Shown: in pieces, positions 30,563-40,237 of the stretch
How the letters are laid out: each line of letters starts with the position of its first letter
Position numbering within the stretch: the first letter of the stretch is position 1
Assembly: GCA_041690595.1 (NCBI GenBank)
Contig: JAWLHB010000025.1
Span: 62,001 to 112,575, forward strand
Length of the DNA stretch: 50,575 nucleotides
Source: Lentisphaeria bacterium
Lineage (GTDB): Bacteria; Verrucomicrobiota; Lentisphaeria; JABSQK01; JAWLHB01
Direction: 5' to 3'
The notes under the pieces: model-generated
Database searches by the model: none
What the model saw: the letters and a program-made list of their open reading frames with translations, nothing else
Told to the model about the DNA's origin: nothing
Program-made: the position numbers and the translations under genes

Positions 30563-33500
30563 ATGATGAGGAACATCCTGGGGACGATCTGTGCTTTTCT
30601 GGTGCTGGGTATCTCCGCATTGGGGGAGGCTGATGAGGCGTTGGTGCTGCATCTGCCATTCGATGGGAATGTGGCGATGGCGGTGGGGGGTGAGCTTGGG
30701 GAGGTGGAGATCCTTGGGGCGCCGCGTTTTGTGGAGGGGCGGCATGGGCAGGCGGTGGAATTGACGGGGACGGCGGCACTGCGGGTGCCGGTGCCCGAGG
30801 CGATTGGCCGGGGAGAGTTCAGCATCTCGTTCTGGCTGAAGCCATTGTGGCATCCGAAGGATGGGCTTCCGTATCCGATCATGGAGATCGCGGCGGCGCC
30901 GGAGAAGCACGATGCGGCGGATTGGGCGGTCGGGCAGTTGCTGTTGACCAAGGGCTGGTCGGAGACGATTGGGCCGAATCATGTCTACGGGGTGAGCGAT
31001 CCCGCGCTGGCGCTGCAGCACCTTGTACCCAATGAGTGGACGCACGTGGTGCTCTGCTACAGCATTGTGGGCGGATTTCAGGCGAGCTATTTCGATGGAG
31101 AAGGGCATCGGCGGCCGCAGGCGGAGGTGCCGAAGCTGGACGCGCATGGAGAGGCGATCTGGCTGGCATCGCGGCGCCATGGGGAGGGGGGCGGCAACAT
31201 CGTTCTCGATGATTTTCGGGTTTACAACCGGCCGCTGAATCCGGATGAGCTTGCGGCGGTGGCTGGGGCGGCGTTTCCTCCGCCGCGCGACTGGACGCTG
31301 CTGGGGACGCAGGTGGATCCGGAGGCTGCGCCGGAGACTCCGCACGTTGCGTGGGCGAAGCCGTTCGCGGGGAAGGCGCCCAAGATCGTGTTTGTAACGG
31401 AAGGGCAACGCGGGCGGGATATGATCGAGCTGGCGCAACGTCTCGATGTCGAGCTGGTACCGATCACGGGGCCGGGCTTCTCGACCCACAGCCTGTTGAA
31501 TCCGGAAGTCTTTCACCGCATGGGCACCGCGATCGAGACGGCGCTGGCGGAGGGCAACGTGGATGTGGTGGTGCTGGGGGCCTTTGGCTGGAATCTCTTC
31601 CTGCCGGAGACGCGGGAAGCGATTCTGGCGTATTTACGAGGGGGCGGAGGGCTGCTGATGGTGAACCCGATGTGCATCGGTGGTCCGGGGGCTGTCCAGC
31701 AGCTGGGCAGGGGGGTGGTCATTGGCTGGGCGAAGACGCCGGAAGGTGCTGCGATAGAGGCGCTGGTGGGGCGGCTGGACCAGGCGGATGAGGATTACCT
31801 GACCGGGAGCGTGCCGTGGGGGACGCTCGATCTTTTCGCGTCGATACTGTCTCGCCGTCAGCCGTCGTCACTTTTTCGTGGCGGGCGGGTGGGGGAAGGG
31901 CGTGTGCTGATCTACGATATACGTACGGGTGGCGCCGCGGCCGGGGAGTCGCTGACGCCGTCACCGGAGTATGTGAGGACGCTGGACCTATTCGAGTACG
32001 ACTATGCGATCGGTGCGGCGGCGAAGGCCGTGCTGTGGGCCGCGGCCGAGGTTCCGGCGGTGCGGTTGCGGCGCATTCACTATGAAGCGTCGCGGTTCGT
32101 GCGGGAGACGCCGGTGGGGATGGTGGGGGAATGGTATGCGGAGGTGCTCAATGCGGCAGATGCGCCGGCGCGGATACAGGTGGAACTCACGGTGCGAAGC
32201 AAGGAGCCGGAGGCACCCTTTGTGGCGAAGCGAACGGTCACGCTGGCGCCGGGTACGAGCACCATCGCGTTGCCGTATACGACGGATCGCTTCGGGGAGG
32301 TCTTTGGCGATATCCGCCTGCTGGTCGATGGCGAAGTGGCGGACTGGGGATCGGCGACGATCGCAGTCGGTCGCGCGAATCCATGGATCGAGGGGCTGAG
32401 GGCGGATCGGGAGTCGTATGGCGGCCAGGAAGCGCCGCGGCTTGAGGCGAGGCTGGCCTACAAGAGTTACGGCGTCAGCTTTGGGGAAGCGGCGGAAGTA
32501 CGCTGGCGGCTCTACGATGCCGGGGGGCGGTTGCTGCGCGATGAGCGTTTTCAGGGGGCGCTGCCGGCATACGACGAGCACACGGAGCGGGTGAGCTGGG
32601 ATCTTCCCCCGCTGCCGGAAGGATCATTGTCCTATCGGGTGATCGTGGACCTGTATCGCAACGGCAAGCAGACGGATCAGCAGTCGCTGGTGCTGCGGCG
32701 CGAACCGGAGCCGCTGGACGACCTGCTTTTCACCTCGTGGGGGAGCACGCAGACGAGCCCGGCCAGTCTGGCGCTGCTGATCATGCGCGATCGCTACCGT
32801 TTAGATTGCGTGGGGGCCAACACCTCGGGAAATCCGCTCTCGGAGGTTTTCGAGCCGACGATGCAGTGGCTCAACGAGCAGAACTTTCGGCCGTGGGTGT
32901 ACGCGACTCACCTTGGGGGCAAAGCGGGGGAGGGGTATCGGCGGGTGGTCGACCTGAGTGATGGTGGCTATCGCGAGCGGTATGCCGCGCGCCTGGAGGA
33001 GGTAGCGCGAGTGGCCCAGCCCTACAGTCCGCTCTTCTACAGCCTGGGGGATGAGGTGAACATCGGACCGCTCGAAGCGAATCCGACGGGGCACGAGCAG
33101 GAACGGTTCCGTCAGTGGTTGCAGCGCCAGTATGGAAAGATCGCCGCGCTCAACGATGCCTGGGGGACGGAGTACGAGAGCTGGCAGTCGGTGGTGATAC
33201 CGGAGTTGAAAGGGTTGACGGATGTGCCGGGGCCGATGTGGGGAGCGGTGCAGAGCTTTCGCCACCAGATGTTCGCGGATGTGGTGGGGGTCGGCGTGGA
33301 GGCGGTGCGGCGGGCGGATCCGGGCGCTCACGTGGGCATCGAGGGCATCTTCGGGCTCACGCATGCCTGGGGGGCCTTCGACTATTCGCGTCTGACAGAG
33401 CAGGCAACCTTCATGGGACAGTATGCGCTGGGAATGGAGCTGGACATGGTGCGAAGCCTCAGCCGACCGGACAGTCTGACGGCGGTCTGGTACAACTACG

Positions 33501-34786
33501 ACATGCTGGACTCCGGTTACAGCCGGTACGGTCCGTGGCATACGGTGCTTCGGGGGAGCCGCAATTTCATGTGGTATACCTCGTATGAAGCCAGCCGCTA
33601 TACGGCGCTGAATCCCGATCTGACCGCGTACGAGCAGTTCGGCTGGACGTGGGAGGAGCTGGAACCTTTGCTCGACGGCATCGGTAAGCTGATCTTTGGC
33701 CTGGAGCGCGAGGATTCGGGCGTGCGGATAATCCATGAGCACCGCAATCTGAACCGAACGACGCCCCACTTCCTGAGCATGATGGTGACGACGCGGCTGC
33801 TGGAGGATATGGGGATCGCGTATAGCTTCGTCCGGGCGGAGGATATTGCCGCGGGAGGGCTGGAGGATGGCCGGGCGAAGGTGGTGTTTCTGCCGGGGCA
33901 GTTTGTGATGGAGCCGGCCGTGGCGTCGGCAATCCGGCGCTTTGCGGAGGCGGGCGGGGCGATAGTGGCGGGTTTGCCGCCGGCTGCGCACAATGGCATC
34001 GAGCGCTACGATGAGCCTCCCCTTGACGACCTCTTTGTGGAGCCGGGGCCGTTGCCGACGACGGCCGGGGAATGGCAGGCGCGCGTCAAGGGGGTTGGGG
34101 CGGGGAGGAGTCTGCTCTTCGGCACCTGGCCGAACCTCTACAATCGCCAGCGCTTTCTGGCGGAGGGGGCGTCCTTTCGTGCCGGCCTGGGCGATTTTCT
34201 TTCTGGCCAGGGGATCGTGGTACCGTTTGAGGTGGAGCCGGTGGATGGTGGTTTCCAGCCGTTGACGGTGGTGCCGTACCGGGATGGGCAGAGTGCCTTC
34301 GTGGGGCTGCAGCGGGACTACCGGCAGCTCGACCAAGCGCCGAGGCGCTTTCGCGTCACGGGGCCAGCCGATCGTCATGTGTACGATGTGCGGGCAGGGG
34401 CGTATCTGGGCAAGGGAGCGGTGCATGAGATCGAGTTGGAGGTGGCTCGCGGTGCGTTGCTGGCCTATCTTCCGTATCAGGCGACGGCAATCGAGCTTCC
34501 GGGGATGCGGACGGAGTATCGGGGCGGAGAGAGGATGCGCAGCCGCATGCTGCTGACGACGGTGGATGGACAGCCGTCGGGTGGAGTCTACCGGGTGGAG
34601 GTGTTCGCGCCGGATGGCAGCCGCTGGGCGCCGTTGTGCCGGAAGGTGCGGTCACAGGGTGGCGTGGCGGAGTTGGAGCTGAACTTTGCGCTCAACGACC
34701 CGGCGGGGGGCTGGAAGCTGCGGGTGAGCGATGTCGCGACCGGGATCGCGGTGGAGCGTCAAATTAACTTGCTTGAAGGAAAATGA
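30563..34786 (+). CDS. Secreted multidomain protein: LamG-like N-terminus plus GH42/beta-galactosidase-like domain
   Basis: Signal peptide; LamG-like LVLHLPFDG...WTHVV...LDDFRVYNRPL; LGDEV and FRQWLQRQYGKIAALNDAWGT (GH42-like); trimerisation-like segment; C-terminal FALNDPAGGWKLRVSD. Confidence 0.78.
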   Translation: MMRNILGTICAFLVLGISALGEADEALVLHLPFDGNVAMAVGGELGEVEILGAPRFVEGRHGQAVELTGTAALRVPVPEAIGRGEFSISFWLKPLWHPKDGLPYPIMEIAAAPEKHDAADWAVGQLLLTKGWSETIGPNHVYGVSDPALALQHLVPNEWTHVVLCYSIVGGFQASYFDGEGHRRPQAEVPKLDAHGEAIWLASRRHGEGGGNIVLDDFRVYNRPLNPDELAAVAGAAFPPPRDWTLLGTQVDPEAAPETPHVAWAKPFAGKAPKIVFVTEGQRGRDMIELAQRLDVELVPITGPGFSTHSLLNPEVFHRMGTAIETALAEGNVDVVVLGAFGWNLFLPETREAILAYLRGGGGLLMVNPMCIGGPGAVQQLGRGVVIGWAKTPEGAAIEALVGRLDQADEDYLTGSVPWGTLDLFASILSRRQPSSLFRGGRVGEGRVLIYDIRTGGAAAGESLTPSPEYVRTLDLFEYDYAIGAAAKAVLWAAAEVPAVRLRRIHYEASRFVRETPVGMVGEWYAEVLNAADAPARIQVELTVRSKEPEAPFVAKRTVTLAPGTSTIALPYTTDRFGEVFGDIRLLVDGEVADWGSATIAVGRANPWIEGLRADRESYGGQEAPRLEARLAYKSYGVSFGEAAEVRWRLYDAGGRLLRDERFQGALPAYDEHTERVSWDLPPLPEGSLSYRVIVDLYRNGKQTDQQSLVLRREPEPLDDLLFTSWGSTQTSPASLALLIMRDRYRLDCVGANTSGNPLSEVFEPTMQWLNEQNFRPWVYATHLGGKAGEGYRRVVDLSDGGYRERYAARLEEVARVAQPYSPLFYSLGDEVNIGPLEANPTGHEQERFRQWLQRQYGKIAALNDAWGTEYESWQSVVIPELKGLTDVPGPMWGAVQSFRHQMFADVVGVGVEAVRRADPGAHVGIEGIFGLTHAWGAFDYSRLTEQATFMGQYALGMELDMVRSLSRPDSLTAVWYNYDMLDSGYSRYGPWHTVLRGSRNFMWYTSYEASRYTALNPDLTAYEQFGWTWEELEPLLDGIGKLIFGLEREDSGVRIIHEHRNLNRTTPHFLSMMVTTRLLEDMGIAYSFVRAEDIAAGGLEDGRAKVVFLPGQFVMEPAVASAIRRFAEAGGAIVAGLPPAAHNGIERYDEPPLDDLFVEPGPLPTTAGEWQARVKGVGAGRSLLFGTWPNLYNRQRFLAEGASFRAGLGDFLSGQGIVVPFEVEPVDGGFQPLTVVPYRDGQSAFVGLQRDYRQLDQAPRRFRVTGPADRHVYDVRAGAYLGKGAVHEIELEVARGALLAYLPYQATAIELPGMRTEYRGGERMRSRMLLTTVDGQPSGGVYRVEVFAPDGSRWAPLCRKVRSQGGVAELELNFALNDPAGGWKLRVSDVATGIAVERQINLLEGK

Positions 34787-34793
34787 GGGGCTG

Positions 34794-36494
34794 ATGAAGA
34801 ATCCATACCGGATGGCGTTGAGAGGGTTGCGCGAGGAGCTGATCGGGTTGACGCCGGAGGTGCTGCGGGGGCGGCCGCGGCCGGATATCTATGCCCACTG
34901 GCGGGCGGACAACGAATGGATCAACGGGCACATGGCGAATGTGCTGGTGCCGTTGGCGTGGCTCTGGCAGGAGGATGGGGGGAACGACGCACGCCTGCTT
35001 CCGGCGATCATGACCTATTTCGAGCAGTTGCTGGCGGCGTGTCATGGCGATCGATGGTTCCATAATGAACCGGGCATGGGCGATCCCAACATCGATCGTT
35101 TCACGCTGCTGCCCTTCTGCGAAGCGTTCACGCTGGTGCGCGAGGCGCTGCCGGTGGAGCTTCGGGAGCGCATCCTGGCGCAGGTGGGACGGATTCTGGA
35201 GGTGCAGCTGTGCGAATATGGTCATGGGCCGCAGATGAAGGGTGGGGCGGATCGGCTGTACCCGAACATGGACGTCTACTATTGCCTGTGCATGCTGCAC
35301 GGGGATCTCCTGCTGGGGGACGCGCGCTGGCGGACGGAGTGGAGCCGCTTCGTGGATCGCCTTGGGGAGGCGCAGTTTGCCGATGGCGGATGGACCTACA
35401 TCGACGGCACGAATGAATGCCCCGTTTATCACGATCTGGCGGTGCTTCTGCTGGGGCGGCTGCATCAGTTGACGGGAGATCCACGCGCCATGGCGCAGCT
35501 CACGCGGAGTCTGCCCTATTATCCGCTGGTCTGTTCGCCAACCGGCGTCCCCGAGTACCACACGGATTGCTGGTGGAAACACAGCTGGAGCCTGCAGCGC
35601 TCCTTCGCACCCGATGTGCTGGCCAGCATGAGTGGCGACGGCAGGCACCGCACCCTCGGTGATCTGACCCGTCCGGCGACGCTGGCGGAATTCGGCGACA
35701 AGGTGAGCGGTCGCAACCTGGAGGTGGACAATATTCTGGGGCTCTTCTGCGTCTATGCGGCCTCGGCCTGGCGAGAGGTCGAGCCCTCTCCTTTGCCGAC
35801 GGAGCAGCTCGTGCTCGATGGCAACATCGAGGGGCCGCGCGGGCGCTTTGAGGAGTGGTCGTGGGCGGCGACGGCGCGCTACGGCTGCGACACGCTGGTG
35901 GGGGCGATGATGCACACAGCGCCGGATGAGCCGGTCTGCGCGCTGATGGCGGTCACGCCGGAGATCATGTCGAGGCATGAAGAGTATCCGGAGGGGGGCA
36001 TGACGCGATTCGCGATGGCGATCACGCCGCGCGGCACACGAGGGCACAGCCGCATCGATGGCGAGACGGCCAGCTTTGGGGTGACGTATCCGATGGCGGC
36101 CTATCGTTCCGTCTTTGGGATGGAGGCTTTCCCCTACGGATGGGAATGTACGCAGGAGTGGGAGCTTGGGCGGGAGCTGCTGCGCGGCAGGATCGTCTGG
36201 CGCAGCACGGTCGGGCAGGAGTCGCCGCCGACGCGTCTGCGCCTACGCTTCGGCATCGGCAAGGGGCTGGATCAGGAGGCGGACGGCAGCTATCGCTTCG
36301 GGCCGTACCGGCTGAGGGTGGAGGCGGCGGATCTGCCGTTCCGGATGGTGACGCCGGTTGGGGTGGCGGTCTACCTGACTTCCGCCGATTGTGTCGAGCT
36401 ATCGTTGCAGTCGGCGGAGGAGTGGGCGTTGGGGTGGGTGGAGGCGGGGCAGCGGTACGCGGCGACGGTCGAAATCCGGCGCTGCGGGGAGTGA
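34794..36494 (+). CDS. Hypothetical protein, possible alpha/alpha-toroid carbohydrate-active fold
   Basis: 566-aa ORF in the operon with a GAGGGG RBS; YPNMD and QFADGGWTYIDGTNECPVYH motifs. The fold is inferred only. Confidence 0.65.
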   Translation: MKNPYRMALRGLREELIGLTPEVLRGRPRPDIYAHWRADNEWINGHMANVLVPLAWLWQEDGGNDARLLPAIMTYFEQLLAACHGDRWFHNEPGMGDPNIDRFTLLPFCEAFTLVREALPVELRERILAQVGRILEVQLCEYGHGPQMKGGADRLYPNMDVYYCLCMLHGDLLLGDARWRTEWSRFVDRLGEAQFADGGWTYIDGTNECPVYHDLAVLLLGRLHQLTGDPRAMAQLTRSLPYYPLVCSPTGVPEYHTDCWWKHSWSLQRSFAPDVLASMSGDGRHRTLGDLTRPATLAEFGDKVSGRNLEVDNILGLFCVYAASAWREVEPSPLPTEQLVLDGNIEGPRGRFEEWSWAATARYGCDTLVGAMMHTAPDEPVCALMAVTPEIMSRHEEYPEGGMTRFAMAITPRGTRGHSRIDGETASFGVTYPMAAYRSVFGMEAFPYGWECTQEWELGRELLRGRIVWRSTVGQESPPTRLRLRFGIGKGLDQEADGSYRFGPYRLRVEAADLPFRMVTPVGVAVYLTSADCVELSLQSAEEWALGWVEAGQRYAATVEIRRCGE

Positions 36495-36585
36495 AGCATT
36501 TTCGCCGGAGAAACGGTGGTCAGGCAGCGTCCTGGGTGATACTGTAGCGCTTGTCGAGCAAAGAATGCGTCCAGGGGGGAATGTC

Positions 36586-37194
36586 ATGTTGAGAATCACA
36601 TCGGATCTGCTGGTGGGCAAGGGTTTGCATCGGGAGGTCTTTGTCCATCCCGATGATCCGTCGAAGTGCATCAAGATCGACGTTGCCGGCCACGGTGCGG
36701 AAGCGGCGCGTGAAGCCGCGTATTACCGGGTGCTGCGGAAGCGGGGGGTGCCCTTCACCATGCTGGCTGGTTACCACGGGTATGTCGATACGGATCGGGG
36801 GGAGGGGACGGTCTTCGACCTGATACGGGATGCGGATGGCCAGGTTTCCAGGACGCTGGAGTATTACCTGGAAGACGCTGACGAGTTGGAGCGCAATCTC
36901 GACGGGCTCCTGGAGGCGCTGCCACGGCTGCATGCGTATCTGCTGGAATGGAAGGTGTTGACGATGAACATCAAGCCGAAGAACCTTGTGTACGCGAAGG
37001 GCTGCGATGGGGAAGGGCGGTTGGTGGTGGTGGACAACATCGGCAATTCGGATTTTCTGCCGTTGTGCACGCATATCGGGGCGCTGGCATCGCGGAAGAT
37101 TCAGCGAAAGTGGTCGCGATTCATGGCCTCGTTGAGTCGCGATTACGGGGACAAGGAGAATCTGCAGCGGGTGCTGCCGCTGAACTTTGGCTGA
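36586..37194 (+). CDS. YrbL family (PhoP regulatory network) kinase-like protein
   Basis: LVGKGLHREVFVHPDDPSKCIKI; YHGYVDTDRGEGTVFDLIRD; LVVVDNIG; RKIQRKWSRF. Confidence 0.82.
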   Translation: MLRITSDLLVGKGLHREVFVHPDDPSKCIKIDVAGHGAEAAREAAYYRVLRKRGVPFTMLAGYHGYVDTDRGEGTVFDLIRDADGQVSRTLEYYLEDADELERNLDGLLEALPRLHAYLLEWKVLTMNIKPKNLVYAKGCDGEGRLVVVDNIGNSDFLPLCTHIGALASRKIQRKWSRFMASLSRDYGDKENLQRVLPLNFG

Positions 37195-37206
37195 TGGCCG
37201 GCAGAT

Positions 37207-37815
37207 TCAGTGGTCGTGACCGGAGTGGTCTTCCTCCTCAGGAGGAGGCTGCTGAGCGCTGTCGGATTCGTGTGTGGCGCCGGTGTGGCGATGGTCATGT
37301 CGATCGACGGCTTCGCGCAGACGGGCTGTCTGTTCGGCGGTGAGGTCGTTGATGTGTCGCAGGAGAGCGACCATGTTCCAGACATCCTTATCCTGATGTG
37401 CGTCGCCAAAGGCGGGCATGCCGGTCATGCGGATGCCGTGCTTGATGATGTAGAAGAGCTCGCCGTCGGTGTACTCTTCGGCTTCCGCGGAGAGTTCGGG
37501 CGGTTTGGGTAGCATGAACTCGGCCCATTTGGCGGGAGCTGCGTCGGGGGCGCCGTGGCATTGAACGCATGCGGAAGCGAAATGGTCGAAGGCGGCGGCG
37601 CCGTCGGCGGTGAGGGGCATCTCCTCATCAGGCGCTCGCCAGACGAGGGCGCGCTCGGCCATCATGGCGCCCATTTTGTCGATGGGGCCAGGCTTCTGGG
37701 ATGCGGTCATGTTGATGATTCCAGAGTACTGCACCAGGAAAATAAGAACGATGATTGCCACCATTCCGGCGAGCAGGCCTACCAGGAAAGCTCCAGTCCT
37801 CATGATCTCCTCCAT
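37207..37815 (-). CDS. Membrane-anchored monoheme cytochrome c
   Basis: N-terminal TM helix; CVQCH; ELFYIIKHGIRMTGMPAFG; His-rich tail. Confidence 0.88.
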   Translation of the reverse strand: MEEIMRTGAFLVGLLAGMVAIIVLIFLVQYSGIINMTASQKPGPIDKMGAMMAERALVWRAPDEEMPLTADGAAAFDHFASACVQCHGAPDAAPAKWAEFMLPKPPELSAEAEEYTDGELFYIIKHGIRMTGMPAFGDAHQDKDVWNMVALLRHINDLTAEQTARLREAVDRHDHRHTGATHESDSAQQPPPEEEDHSGHDH

Positions 37816-37911
37816 GTCCAGGTTGTTGATTTGCTACTATACACGCGGTTCACGCGCCATGCTTGGTTCGGCTGGACGGGGCAGGGGCGGGCAGTAAGAA
37901 GGAAGATTTTT

Positions 37912-37974
37912 TATGAACTTCGATAATTATCGATTTGCGCGATAGCAAACATGCACTATGTTCATATCGAACAT
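37912..37974. promoter_or_regulatory. Candidate operator palindromes upstream of the DeoR gene
   Basis: Perfect 14-bp palindrome TCGATAATTATCGA (37920-37933) and ATGTTC-ATATC-GAACAT (37958-37974), which resembles GlpR-type operators. Confidence 0.55.
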
Positions 37975-37985
37975 TTGGAGCGATT

Positions 37986-38777
37986 ATGCGCGTACAATCA
38001 GAGCGTCACGAGAAGATACAGGATTTGCTGGTGAGCCGCGGCCGGGTGAGCGTGGACGAGCTGGCGACCTCGCTGTCGGTGACGCCGATGACGATACGCC
38101 GCGACTTGAGTACGCTGGAGCAATCGGGGGTGCTGACGCGGACGCATGGAGGTTGCGTTTTGCGCTCGCCGTATGTGCAGGAGCTTTCGCTGCCGGAGAA
38201 GGAAGGGCAGCACCCCTCGCAGAAGTTTGCGATTGCGCAGGCTGCGGTGCGGCTGCTGACGCCGGGAGCGTCGGTTTACCTGGATACGGGCACGACCTCG
38301 CTGCAGGTGGCGCGGGCGATTCCGGCGAGCCTGCATCTGCGGGTGTTCACCAACAACCTTCTGGTAGCGATGGAGCTGTTCACGCGTGAGAAGGTCGAGG
38401 TGGTGATGTATGGCGGGCAGTTGGCGCAGCGCAACCCGGATCTGATCGGAGAATTTGCGCTGGCGCAGTTACACAATTTCCGGCTGGACGTGGCGCTGAT
38501 TGGCGCGGATGCGGTGGATGTGGAGCGCGGCGAGTTCTATGCGGCCGAGCCCGGCACGGCGGCTTTGTCGCGTGCAGCGCAGGCGCAGGCGGATCATTGC
38601 CTGCTGCTGGTGGACAGTTCAAAATTTGGCAAGCGTGGTCATGCGGTAGTCGGGCGGATAGCCCGAGGACTGAGCATCGTGACCGACGCTGCACTTGACC
38701 CAATGCACGTACGCCGTCTCGAAGCCGACGGCGCGGACGTGATTCTAACCCCCGATCAAGGAGGAACACATGGCTAG
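37986..38777 (+). CDS. DeoR/GlpR family transcriptional regulator
   Basis: ERHEKIQDLL...VSVDELA...VTPMTIRRDL...RTHGG; LDTGTT; DSSKFG. Confidence 0.93.
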   Translation: MRVQSERHEKIQDLLVSRGRVSVDELATSLSVTPMTIRRDLSTLEQSGVLTRTHGGCVLRSPYVQELSLPEKEGQHPSQKFAIAQAAVRLLTPGASVYLDTGTTSLQVARAIPASLHLRVFTNNLLVAMELFTREKVEVVMYGGQLAQRNPDLIGEFALAQLHNFRLDVALIGADAVDVERGEFYAAEPGTAALSRAAQAQADHCLLLVDSSKFGKRGHAVVGRIARGLSIVTDAALDPMHVRRLEADGADVILTPDQGGTHG

Positions 38778-40170
38778 CTCAACAACTCAGGCTCCCGCGA
38801 CTACGGGAACTTACGACCCGACCCGGTACGCGGTGGATCTGAACAAGATTCCGGCTATTTCCGGCACCATTCCCGGCCCGAAGTCGCAGGCGATTCACAA
38901 TCGTTGCATCAAGCATTTCAAAGGACTGAGCGGACAGGTCAAATTGATGCCGGTCTCGTTCGAGAGCGGCCAGGGATGTACGCTGACGGACGCGGACGGC
39001 AATCAGTACATCGACTTTTCGAGCGGCATTTATGTGACGACGCTGGGGCACTGCCATCCGAAGATTTCGGACCAGGTGGCGCATTACGCGAAGGAGCTGA
39101 TGAACTGCCACGACTTCAGCACGGAGATCAAGGCGCGGCTCGTGGAGAAGATGGCGGCGACGCTGCCGGGGGATCTGAAAGGATTCCAGTTCTACGACAG
39201 CGGCACGACCGCGGTGGAAGCGGGGCTGCGCATCTGCCGCGCGGCCACGGGGCAGCATGAGTTCATCTCGTGCTTCTATGACTTCCACGGCAAGAGCTAC
39301 GGCTCGGTCTCGCTGGCGCAGATCCGTTCGACGGTCTATGGCCCGTCGCGGGCGCCCGGTTTCCACATGGTGCCGCGTCCCGATCCCTATCGTCCGCACT
39401 GGACGAAGGCGGATGGCAGCATCGACACGGACAAGTACATCGAATTCTACGAAGAGTACCTGGATCGCGGGACGGCGGATCAGGTGGCTGCCTTCGTGCT
39501 GGAGCCCATCCAGGGTTGGGGCGGATCGATCATGCCGCCGCAGGATTTCTTCCCGAAGCTGAAGAAGCTGTGCGAGAAGCACAAGCTGCTCTTCATGGCG
39601 GACGAAGTGCTGACGAGCATGGGGCGTACGGGCAAGTGGCTGGCGATGGAGCACTACGGGGTGGTCCCCGACGTGGTGACGCTGGGCAAGGGCTTCGGAA
39701 ATGGTTTCCCGGTGACGGCGGTGTGCGTTCGCGAGCCGTACATGGAAGCGTTTGAGGCGATCTCGGCGTCGAGCAGCTACGGTGGCAATCCGATGGCGTG
39801 CGCGGCGGCGCTGGCCTGCTTCGAGGTGATCGAAGAGGAAGGGCTGCTGGCTCACGCGCAGGAGCTGGAAGAGGTCTTCAAGGATTGCATGAAGGACTGG
39901 AAGCGCAAGTACCCGATCGTGGGCGACACGCGGGTGAAGGGCTGCCTGATGGGTGTAGAGCTGGTGAAGGATCAGCAGACCAAGGTGCCCTTGACGGAAG
40001 CCGGCGCGATGGTCTACCAGCGGGCGTTCCGCAAGGGGCTTGCGTGGATCCCGGCCGGGCACATCCTGCGGATGAGTCCGCCGATCGTGATGCCGAATGA
40101 GGTTGCCCGTAAGGGAATGAGCATCATCGAAGAGTCCATTGCCGAGGTCTGCAAGGAACTCGGTTACTAA
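38770..40170 (+). CDS. Class III PLP-dependent aminotransferase
   Basis: DADGNQYIDFSSG, LGHCHP, FHGKS, EPIQGWGG, DEVLTSMGRTG, PDVVTLGKG. Confidence 0.92.
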   Translation: MASSTTQAPATTGTYDPTRYAVDLNKIPAISGTIPGPKSQAIHNRCIKHFKGLSGQVKLMPVSFESGQGCTLTDADGNQYIDFSSGIYVTTLGHCHPKISDQVAHYAKELMNCHDFSTEIKARLVEKMAATLPGDLKGFQFYDSGTTAVEAGLRICRAATGQHEFISCFYDFHGKSYGSVSLAQIRSTVYGPSRAPGFHMVPRPDPYRPHWTKADGSIDTDKYIEFYEEYLDRGTADQVAAFVLEPIQGWGGSIMPPQDFFPKLKKLCEKHKLLFMADEVLTSMGRTGKWLAMEHYGVVPDVVTLGKGFGNGFPVTAVCVREPYMEAFEAISASSSYGGNPMACAAALACFEVIEEEGLLAHAQELEEVFKDCMKDWKRKYPIVGDTRVKGCLMGVELVKDQQTKVPLTEAGAMVYQRAFRKGLAWIPAGHILRMSPPIVMPNEVARKGMSIIEESIAEVCKELGY

Positions 40171-40237
40171 GCATTGCGGCGCCTCGTGTGGGAGCGGCCG
40201 CTTCCGCACGGGGCGCCACCACTTTCAGGAGCGTTCC

